34,174 nt of DNA from Catajapyx aquilonaris (taxonomy: Eukaryota): the NCBI GenBank assembly GCA_000934665.2, contig JYFJ02004169.1, positions 1 to 34,174 of the forward strand, given 5' to 3'. This document shows, in pieces, positions 24,326 through 34,174 of the stretch (position 1 is the first letter of the stretch; each line of letters opens with the position of its first letter). The notes beneath the pieces were generated by a model. It saw only the letters and a program-made list of their open reading frames with translations, did not search any database and was not told the origin of the DNA. The position numbers were made by a program, and so were the translations under genes.

Positions 24326-24607
24326 GAGTAACCCCTACTGGCGTGGGGAAGGTGGCAGGGTGAGTGGCAGCTTGGCTGTGTCGCAAAGGCAAGGATGCAA
24401 GGATTGATTTTTTGGATTTTTTAAGGGGGATGCTGTACCAACCTAACCTAACCAAGCCTAACCTTCCTTCCTTTCGGACACAGACCTATCTTCAGCCACA
24501 CAGACCTATCTTCAGCGGATACACGCCTATCCTTTATCCTTGACTTTGCGACACAGCCCGCTGCCCCCATGAGTACTACCCTCCTGCACGCCAGTAAGGG
24601 CAACTAT
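24326..24607. mobile_element. Palindromic MITE-like element with a central (CCTAA)n stretch
   Basis: ccctactggcgtg..ggctgtgtcgcaaag..caaggat is mirrored by atccttg..ctttgcgacacagcc..cacgccagtaaggg; centre aacctaacctaacc. Confidence 0.7.
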
Positions 24608-25072
24608 ATCCGATTCTCATCCTCAGCAGTCCATTTCATACGTACAAGTATATAGGAACAATATCAATGCATGATGAGACCAGCCAGTGTCTTCCAAGAC
24701 ACATCCTTTTACAGACCTGGTCAAGGCAGGGGAGGACAACTTCAGTCAAATGCTACACTGGATGTGGCTCCTAATGGTTACCAAAGAACTCTACCGCTGG
24801 TGGACTTCGACAGAAGGACACACAGTCATGTCTATTGGGAATATGTCTGCTTGCAGCCTTGAATTACTTGGGTCAGTCACTATTCAGTCTTGTTTGTCAT
24901 TTTAGACCAAACACCCCTCAGTTTTCCAAGGTGAAATGCACACATGAGATCAATAATTAATCATACATTATATTCATAAACTGCAAAAATGCTAACAATG
25001 CTAACTGTATTAGAGAACATATTAGAATATGCTATAAATAAAAGAGCACCGAATATTAATGCTGTAAACAAG

Positions 25073-28000
25073 CTACTTGCCAAACCTCAGAAGGGCACTG
25101 AGAAGTGGTGTTTCCCGCCCTTGGGACACCAACCTCTCCAACTTGTCTGTGAAGGATGTAAGTGGCTGTTGAAACTTGTCTGGGTTATTCCTAAACTTCT
25201 CAAGGCAGCAACTAATGGCTTCCCTCAGACGATTCTCCACATCCTGGACTAGACTTGAACTTGGGCTTGACACCAGTGGCAATTCATCTAAGTTTGATGT
25301 TTCATCATCACACGCATCAAAGTCCCACTTACTCTCCATTCCATTCTGGGTCATCTCAGCAGAATCATTGGTGTCATCCAATTCACTTGCGGACCTGGGA
25401 GGATTTATCTTGAAAAGGACGGTGCGGGTTTCCTCTTTGCTGAGTGACAGGAGGTTAACTGCCAACACATTGCGACGCTGGGCCACCACATATTGATGCT
25501 CACATGGTGTCCCAACCATGCCCTTGGCACATGAACACAGTCCTAATGCCATGTCCAAATCAAAGCTGTTACCTGAACTGGGGTCAGTCACCAGGTAGAG
25601 TGCATCAGAGAGTTGCACTACCTGGAAACGCTCTATCTGCAGCTGAGAAAGCACCCCAAACCTCCAGTAGTTCAACTCCAAGAAGCGGTTCTCCAGTGCC
25701 TGAAAGAAGTGGGACTGAGTTGCATGATTGATGGAAGGAATCAAATGAAAAAGGAGTTGTCTCTACCAATTATAAATTATTATTATTAAGGTGCTATTAT
25801 GCTGCTTAACACTATACCAAAGAGGTAAAATTGACTGAGTCTTCAAAAACATGGGAAACTCTGTACCAGGTAATGCCTCACTAGTCACTGCCTGCAGGCC
25901 TACTACAAAAAAATAGACAGTAAAACTGCAGAAAACTATTCTTCCTCTGGGTGAGATTAAAAGTAAGAAACAAGTCCATAGGTGGGGGGTGGGTTCGTGT
26001 CGTGGGGATGTGTGATAATCAAATTTAATTCAAAACATTCGTGCTTTAGAGCTGGGAAGAATTAGGCAGATATCGCTTTTATGTACTTCTCCGACTCTCA
26101 TACTCTGCCTAATTCTTCCCAGCCCCAAAGCACGAATGATTTGAATTAAATTTAATCATCACACATCCCCATGACACGAACCAACCCCCACCTATGGACT
26201 TGTTTCTTACTTTTAATCTCTCCCAGAGGAAGAATAGTTTTCTGCAGTGTTACTGCCTATTTTTATTTAATTCTTTTCATCATCAGAATTAAGTAATAGG
26301 GCACTGAAGGGTCACTGATGACATCTTGAATGTCACTTATCGCAGCCGCGGCACTGTTTCTATGGTGTTGAGACTTATATTTGTGCATTTGTCTAATCAT
26401 GGAAGGCATATTGAACTGTTGTTATTAGCCGAATAATACCTGAACCATTTTATCCGCGGACCCTAGGCAGACTGAAACATCCGCCGTACAACTCAACCAA
26501 AAAAAAAANNNNNNNNGGGGCAATTTTTTCCCCTTTTGGTTGAGATATTGTTGATGCTGAGAGGCATTGAGCAAACAAATGGGGACATTTATTATTATTA
26601 TTAAGAGCCTCTCTGCATCGACTCTCAGACGAGTACATGGGTCATGACTCATGATGAGTTTCTCTGTGGGGAAGAAAGAGAGCGAGAGCAACAAAACGGA
26701 CACTATCGAAATCGCCGCGTAACTCAAAAAGTAAAGGCTTTTTTCAAAATACGGTAGGCAGAAGGACACCTCCTGGGAACATTGCGGTTCTCATGACACA
26801 TTGTATGACCCTCTACGACGCACCGTTTAGGCTGTACCCTTGTCAGACTAACGACACTTTTTTGAACTTTGACCCCAGCTGGTGACCCCGGTAATGTCTC
26901 TAGTTGTTGTTTATCTATCTAAAGTTGGTAACTGGAGTGAGCGGAGTGTAAATATTGTTTCCGATTTGAAATCGATTAACCCAATCGGGAGTTATGAAGT
27001 CGGCAAATTAACATTGGGAGCGTAGCGATTCCATACTATTCGTTTTCATGGGCCCACAGGTCCCTGCCATGCCAGCTGCCCCGCGAAGCGGGGCAACCGG
27101 CATGGAGGAAGAATAGAAAAAATAAGAGCTGTGGAGATAAGCATGAAAAATAACAAAATTCTGATTAAATACAGGGTGAAGGGAAACCCGCAGACATTCG
27201 CCAGGTAGACTGATAGTACTCATAAAACTAATATAGGGATGTGCAATTAGTTTTGGGCACCTTTGCATAGTTAATGTGTACCGGCGCCACCCAAGTTTCG
27301 TGACGTCACATCCGTTCTGCCAGCTTCAACGAAGCAAAATCCAGCTCAAGGGCATCCGAATAATCCAGCCTTGGGTCCGGAACACATCGTCCATGTGCAA
27401 TAGGTGATCAAATCCCATCAGAGTAAGAATCCGGGTTCAACACAGGTGCACTTTGTCGGTTTTACCTCATATTTTACCATCCGACCCTCTACAGTCTACA
27501 CTTTAAAGGCGCAGTACGCATGAACTATTCAACGGTTCCAAAGACTAATTACACATCACTATATTAGTTTTGTGAATACTATCAGTCTACCTGGTGATTG
27601 TCCACAAGTTTCCCTTCGCCCTGTATATGGGAAACTATGTTGCATAGGAAGGAACCTAAATCACCAATTCTCTTGAACATCTGTCACCACTATTGTAATA
27701 TTGTACCTGTGTAAGGCGGTTTTCATAGTAGCAATCCATCCTAGTAAGGATAAAGTCCAGCTGCTGTGCCAGAGTAAAGTTCTTTGTCCTCACCAACACC
27801 TTGTCTTGCAGCACCACTGCACCAGTTTCACATAGGTTGTTGTCAATGTCACCAGTGAAAGTTACGTCATTCTGACAGCAAAGTGCCCATGTATTTCGCT
27901 TATCATATACAGACTGCACTTGCTTAATATAGGAGGGGTATGAACTTGCTACAGGGTCACGAGACACCAAAGAATACTTGTCTTGCAGATCATTTGCACT

Positions 28001-31000
28001 CTCCGCATACACCATTGCACGTAGCAGCTGGAATAGGTGAGGCCGATGAGAAGGTAGCACTTCACTCTTCGTGTCCCATAGGAATTGCCACATACCCCTG
28101 AGTATGTGCACAGGGCACAGCAAGGTTTCTGACTGAAACACACTGTGGAGAGCATTGTTTTCTGATGTACTTTCATCAGCCAGAAACAGGACTGGACCCT
28201 GATGGCTACCTCTTCCAAAGAAGGACAATGCTCCATCTTCATCACCTTCCTGAGGAAGTATCTCAACCAGAAGACGAAAGGCAGTAGTTAGTGATTCTTC
28301 TGATTCAGATGAAGTGGCCACAACTCCCAAGGGGAGTCCCCCAGCTGGACTATCTGCTAAGAGTAGGAAGACACGATGCTTCTTGCGATCCACTTTGCGA
28401 GATGAATCCACAAAAACCATGTCTTGACACCTTGGAAGGTTCGTATGTACCCGCCGCATCAGTGGGGTACATATGGCTGCTGCAATTGATTCCTCACCCA
28501 ACCGAACTAGTTTGGCACAAGTCATACCAGCCCGAGCATTGTAGGCAGCAAATGATTCCTCAAGGGAGTTCAAAATGGACTCATCTGAAGGCATGCCATT
28601 CTCTTTCCGAAATATTTCATAGAATCTGTAAGGAAAAAAAAAAAACATGGATCCATCAGGCCATCAAAATTAGGACTGTCAGCCTATATACTGATTAATC
28701 TAGTACAGGATGGGGCAAAAGTCATGGGTGGATAAAAACGACGCAGCAAGGCATAAGTAACGAGCGATTATATATATTTTTTAAATTACACTACACAGAG
28801 AAAGATATGCCATTTATGGATCAAGGTCCAAAAAAGTCACTTCTTGAAAACAACACCGGATAGATGTCCACCTTTGCGGGCAACACATTCCTCCAAGCCC
28901 CGGACGAAACCATTCATAACGCGCTCCAGCATGTCCAGGGGAGTGTTTCTCACGGCGTGTCTTATCTGATCCTTAAGATCAGCCAATACACCACCGTGTC
29001 ACCCTAACATGTGTCCAATAATGCACACATTGGATATGGAATAATAGGCATACTGCCTACTACATACAAAAAGGCATAATAGTCCTTTCATCCAAACTAT
29101 GACGAGTTGTGGCATAATGGCATGCAGCAAATATTGGCGAATTTGCAGTTTGGTGCAATATAATTATGGTTGCTATAACTCACAGGCATTTGTTTCTAAC
29201 CCAAGGGGACCATTATTAGAGATTTGCATGTTACACTTCCAAATGTGGGGGACACTGGCATTCATCTTTCCCTAACAACGTCATAAATGCCAAGTACTTA
29301 TAATAGCAAGTACCAGGAACCAACTGTAACTTGAATTAACCTAAATACCACTTTATCTCACCTATAACACCAACTTGTGTCAGGATTATATCTACGGTCA
29401 GCCAAAACCTTGCGGTAATTATCTCCATGTTCAACTTGCAGGTCATGTTTATGCAATCTCATGACTGACAGGGGTGTGTGACCAGCTTTGAAGAGTGCCA
29501 CAAACTTTGCCTTCACATTCCCATCCACATCTCGATAGCAGAGTACATCAGTGGAGTCAATCGGATGGTTGTGTTTGTGCCTAAGTCGCACAAGCATGGG
29601 ATGAGATGGAAGATGTGGGTCCTTGGACCTGAAATCCAAGATATCATTAGTGTTTAATGTAAAACTGGTTCCCTTCTTCTCTCACCTTAATCGCTGAACC
29701 ACCCGCTTCACTTGAATCATGAGCTTTGCATTACATTGAGTGTTCTTTTTATGAGAATTATGATCCCTACGAGGACGAGTGTTGTGATGGCATCGAAAAT
29801 CTTCCTAGAGTGTGCAACATATGTTTCATTATATTAAAGCCAAATGTGTAGCACCAACACACTTACCTTGTAAACATTCTTAAGTCCACTCTCAGAATAT
29901 GTTCTGTCTACTCGCCATGTAGTCAGAGAGCTCTTCTGAAAGTCATCTTTCCAGCTTCGAGCATTTGGTTCTGATTGAATGGGAAGGCGTAACACACAGG
30001 TGAAGCCTCCATCAAACCTTTCAAACTCACACAACTTGTAATCCCAGCCTATAGGTAGCAACTCCTGAAAATGTACAACCCAAATTAATATCATTTTGAG
30101 AAAAATGTTCTACACAGTGTCATGACAAACAATGAAACAAAGCACATAGTTTTGCCTGAAACAGCATTCAACTGTAAGTTTTTATCAATCATCTTCACAC
30201 AAGTCTTTCATATCTTTAGAAAATATTTTGGTTCCTAAATATTGTACAGTGGGGGAAATTAATGGAGAAGCACAAGTATCACCACCTGGCGGAGCTTTTC
30301 CTTTACATAAAGCTGCTTCATGTAGAATTGTAAAGGAAAAGCTCGGCCAGGCAGCGATACTTGTGGTTCTCCATTAATTTCCCCCACTGTACTAACAAGA
30401 ACTTACTATCCATGTAACCCATACTGTACCTTCAGTTCCGGATACATCATCACACTTTGTGACCTACAGTTACAGCTCACTTCAGACCCACATTTTACTT
30501 TGGGTGCAGATGTAGCGTCATCCCTGTCAAAAATTAACATATGTCAAGCACACATATTCATCACATCACTAGCTCTTTACGCACATTCTTAATGTTGACT
30601 CTTCCTCCCCGTCCATGAGAGGGCCTTTCAACATGTTGGCTATCTCTGAAGCCAAACTCTGGTGTCGCTTTTTACTCTGTGCAGATGACAATGATTTCCT
30701 CTTCCTCCTCTTCCTCTTCTCAGCTCCACTACTCCTTATTGTGTCATTCCCAAATATCTCTTCCAAGTCATTGTAATACTTCCACTTCTTACGATTTGTC
30801 CCAAATAGAGCTCGAAAGTCCATAACCTTCCTGTATTTCTTCTCCAACTTCCGGAATTTGCAGACACATATGTCTCCAGTGACAGTGACCCCACACTGTT
30901 GGCTCACCTTGCTTGCCACCTCATTCCATAACAGCATGTTGACTGGTTTGTCACCCCATGGCTTCGGCAAAATCAGCTTGCAGTGCTGAACTAATGATTT

Positions 31001-33859
31001 AGTCAGATTCTCTTTCCACTGAAATGTTGCATTGTCGCTGCAACTTCCCTGAGCTGAAAGTGTACCAAAGTTTGACTATTGTTAATGAACTGATGCTCTC
31101 TACTCCAGACCAGTTTGCTCCAATTTCAACTATGCCCATTAAGAACAACCTAAGATATGTACATTTGACTCAGGCACTTTCATTTGACCCAACCTAGTAG
31201 TCTTCTACTGGTAAAACAGGTGCCCCAGGAAAGGTTCATGCCCCCTGCATCTACTGCAAACCTCCACACAGAGCAGTGAATTGCCCTGCGTCAAGGGCAG
31301 CTGCTCTGTGAGCAATCAGCAGTACAACATTTCACTTTGCCCTGCAATTTGGCCCAGGAAGTCTGGGGTACATGCAAAGCGTGTACAACTTGCACAGGGC
31401 ACCAGTTTCACCTCCCTAGTTGTTTTACTTGTTTATTCTGCTTTATCACTGACTGTCACTACTCTCAAGAAATGCTATCATAGTAATGATCTTTGAACAA
31501 TAATTCACCTCATAACTTGAACACATAAATGCATCTGCGTGAAACAATCTACCACGTTATCAAGTAAACTTTCCCCAGAACTTCCCATTCTTAAAGCATC
31601 ACTTACATGTATTTTACAGGGGGTTCGAAATGTCAGGGTAGTTTTAAATGATCACTAGTATCACCCAACGTAGTTATTTTTTTCCAGTTTGTTGAGTCCT
31701 AAACCAGGTGCCAAAGTATTCCCAAGTGGTTGAATATGACAGTTTCTATACAGGGTGTTAATCCTAAGGGTGTCACCAGAAAAGGTGGTGGTAGAGGGTG
31801 CAGGTGTGAGCATTTTTGCATAAGGAACTAGGGGTCGGAAACGCGCCCTCACCCAGTCACTCCGCCGCGTGCCGCACACCTCTTGCACACTGCCTGCCGC
31901 AAACTTGAAAGGGGAGTAACTTGGTGAGGGTGCGTTTCCGACCCTTAGTTCCTCATGCCAAAATGCTCACACCTACGCCCTCTACCACCACCTTTTCTGG
32001 TGACACACCTAGGATAACACCTTGTATAATAGGGCACCTAGATCGGGGTGCAACATGCTCCTAAAAAATAGCAGCTGCAAGTGAAATTTCCTATAACTAA
32101 TGAGATCCACATACTTGGAACACCCTGCATAAGCTTGGATATGTATGATGAGAATGCTTCTCTACTACAAACTAATACGTGCTTTACAGTTGCCCCTGTC
32201 GCGAATGTACCTGCTACATGACATTGTGATTCCAGCTGTTGTTCTGGTTCTGGTTCCTGCTCCACAATGATGAACTCAGTGGGTGAATTACCACCTTCAC
32301 TAAGTGGATCTCGCTCAGTAAGGAATGATTCACTGGCTACCTCTTCTTGTATTAATTGGACAGGGGGCTCTTGTTCAACGGATGGTGGCTGTGTCGTAGG
32401 TGATGGTGCACACACAATCTGTTCTTGCTGCACCCATGCATGAATAGGCTGGGACTGTAAGGGATGGTGCACCCATGCCACCTGTTCAGGGCCTGCGGTG
32501 GTGTGGACAGGCTGCCACTGTGGAACCGTTGCCCACTGAGCCTGTTGCATAACTTCATGACCAACAGGGGATTGCAACTCTTCCTCTGCTACAGTAGGGG
32601 GCAATGGCAGCTTTGCACTGTCATCTGGAGACACACCAAACAGGCCTTGACCAGCTTCTCCTTCACCATGATTGCTGGGGACCATGGAAAATCCTGTAAA
32701 GTGTTTGGAAGATAGCTTCAAAAAATATCCCTGAGAAGCTTTATAATCAACTAATAGCAACGAAATTTATTATAAAAAATATGTCCCCTGTTTCAGAAAT
32801 GAGCTCAATTCTGTGTTTGTGAAAATCTTGTGGACTTCAATTCACTTATGTTTTCTCCCCTACAAATATGGGAAGACGCTATGCAAACAGTAATGGCATC
32901 TCTGGGCCAAGACGCTGCGCACCAAAGGGGTACGAATTCCCATTAATATAATTATGGCCACTACTGTATATAAGCTGTGCTATTATAAAACAGAGGGCCA
33001 CACATTCAAAACAATGTAACATAAAAGTGTCCTGCTTTTGCCTCAAGTCTAACAGATGCTATATGCAAATACAGGGTGAAGGGAAACTTGCACCCAATCG
33101 CCAGGTAGACTGATAGTACTTGTAAAACTAATATAGGGATGTGCCATTAGTTTTGGGCTCCGTTGCAATGTGTACGGTGCTGTCAAAGTTTCATAACGTC
33201 ACATCCGTTCCGCCAGCTTCAAGGAAGCAAAAGTCAGTTCTAGGGCCTCCGGTCCTTGCCTTGGTCCCCTAACACATCGTCCACGTGCAAAAGGCGATCA
33301 ATTCCCGTCAGAGTAAGAATCCGGGTACGACACCCATGCACTTTGTCGTTTTTGCCTCATATTCCACCATCCGACCCTCTACACTTCAAGGGCGCCATAC
33401 GCATTAACTACGCAACGGAGGAAAAAACTAATTGCATATATTAGTTTTGTGAGTACTATAAGTTTACCTGGCGATTGTCCGCAAGTTTCCCTTCACCCTG
33501 TATACAATTATTATTAGTACCATACTGCTTGTATGCCTGCTTGCTTAAGTGCTCTCTGCACAATCTGATAATTTGGCAACCCTTTCGGTACACTACAATA
33601 CAGTACAGTAGTTACTCAGAAATCAGCAACAACTTCACAAAAACTGACCAGTTATTTTCAAAAAGTCCCCTACAATGAGCAATTAAAACACATTAGTTTG
33701 GATCCCTCTTTTCCTAAACACTGTTCATAACCCGTCACACATCTCATATCCTCTAACTCTCAGTATACCTTCTGACACCTCGGTGGCAATGATCTGAAAG
33801 CTTTCATCCCGAATAAATGCCAGCGCCAGCAAATTCCCACCACCACTTCGTCCTGCCAT
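25073..33859 (-). CDS. 9-exon gene, about 1088 aa: trihelix/Myb-SANT-like domain fused to a MULE (Mutator) transposase-derived region with a SWIM zinc finger
   Basis: Exons 33859-33769, 32693-32211, 31053-30585, 30523-30430, 30064-29867, 29804-29686, 29628-29362, 28625-27707 and 25699-25073 all have GT..AG borders and matching phases (3267 nt, no internal stop). Start context is caaaATGG. Exon 3: W..L..LWNEVA..V..TGDICVCKFRKLEKKYR..WKYYNDLEEIFG. Exons 6-7: FRCHHN..KNTQCNAKL..HNH. Exon 8: FVDSS / GGLPLG / FLADES / LLCPVH / NNLCE. Exon 9: CSCAKGMVGTPCEH. Confidence 0.85.
25909..26264. repeat. Long inverted repeat (arms about 160 bp, loop about 30 bp) in intron 8 of the MULE gene
   Basis: actgcagaaaactattcttcctctggg..gctgggaagaattaggcaga is mirrored by tctgcctaattcttcccagc..cccagaggaagaatagttttctgcagt. 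Confidence 0.9.
27172..27623 (+). mobile_element. Tc1/mariner-type MITE family M1, full copy, TA TSD
   Basis: TA|CAGGGTGAAGGGAAAC ... GTTTCCCTTCGCCCTG|TA; imperfect TIRs about 100 bp. Confidence 0.88.
28706..28987 (-). mobile_element. 3' relic of a Tc1/mariner-superfamily element (transposase C-terminus plus terminus)
   Basis: Minus strand encodes LADLKDQIRHAVRNTPLDMLERVMNGFVRGLEECVARKGGHLSGVVFKK* (stop 28837-28839), the typical Tc1-like C-terminus, followed by ...cccatcctg|TA. Confidence 0.8.
30247..30389. mobile_element. 143-bp Tc1/mariner-type MITE, TA TSD
   Basis: TA|CAGTGGGGGAAATTAATGGAGAA ... TTCTCCATTAATTTCCCCCACTG|TA; almost wholly palindromic. Confidence 0.9.
31751..32024. mobile_element. 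Tc1/mariner-type MITE, TA TSD, TIRs about 100 bp
   Basis: TA|CAGGGTGTTA..gtgtcaccagaaaaggtggtggtagaggg ... ccctctaccaccaccttttctggtgacac..taacaccttg|TA. Confidence 0.88.
33072..33500 (+). mobile_element. Tc1/mariner-type MITE family M1, full copy, TA TSD
   Basis: TA|CAGGGTGAAGGGAAACTTG ... CAAGTTTCCCTTCACCCTG|TA; colinear with 27172-27623. Confidence 0.88.
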
Positions 33860-34174
33860 TTTGGGTTTGGCCAGCTGCATTCAGTCATCGGCATACCTGT
33901 TCACGAACTAAGCTTTGAATATGTGACGTCATCGGTTCTGCTGTCCGATATTTTCTTATCAAAATGCCAATAATATAATACACATTAAAAAATTTACTCC
34001 TGTAAATTATTTACGTCAGCTGTAAACATTATTCTGGTGGATGCAGGTTAGTCATATTATATACGAACGAGCCCGCTTACAAAGAGAACTCGCACAGGCC
34101 AGACAGCCACGTGAGATTCATTGCTGCTCCGAGTGCCCCCCAACTGTGTCTCGTGTGTCTGTCAGAGACAATGG
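33860..34174 (-). promoter_or_regulatory. Probable 5' UTR/promoter of the trihelix-MULE gene, with a CRE palindrome
   Basis: Directly upstream of ATG 33859; TGACGTCA at 33924-33931 and TTACGTCA at 34011-34018; relatively CpG-rich. Confidence 0.35.

Noticed and set aside
24438..24465. Interstitial (TTAGG)n telomeric repeat
   Set aside because: Only a few imperfect units, located at the centre of a palindromic MITE.
24670..25080. Additional 3' exon of the MULE gene via a GC donor (TTTG|GCAAGT)
   Set aside because: No convincing in-phase acceptor or ORF downstream; the TAG at 25073-25075 was taken as the end.
26509..26516. N run (also a single N at 22437)
   Set aside because: Assembly ambiguity at homopolymers; ORFs that cross these positions are unsupported.

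Overview
AT-rich, repeat-dense eukaryotic (invertebrate, probably arthropod) genomic DNA with spliceosomal introns. Three intact multi-exon genes were reconstructed by hand, all on the minus strand. Two are tandem urate oxidase (uricase) paralogs: UOX-A (5 coding exons, 18039->11498, 297 aa) and UOX-B (4 coding exons, 10621->9538, 296 aa). Both end in the peroxisomal signal AKL and they differ by one intron. UOX-B has a possible in-frame 95-aa N-terminal extension that depends on which of two GTAAGT donors 18 nt apart is used. The third gene has 9 exons (33859->25073, about 1088 aa) and joins a Q/P/E-rich N-terminus and a trihelix/Myb-SANT-like domain to a Mutator (MULE)-type transposase with a Zn-finger DBD, a D-D-E core and a SWIM finger; it looks like a host-transposase fusion or domesticated transposase. 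The rest is transposon debris: tRNA-derived SINEs (three of four with TSDs), a 5'-truncated LINE, mariner/Tc1 relics, hAT-, Kolobok- and Tc1-type MITEs, several long palindromes, a ~130-bp tandem repeat with dimeric structure, and microsatellites. All models come from manual reading, with no database search.
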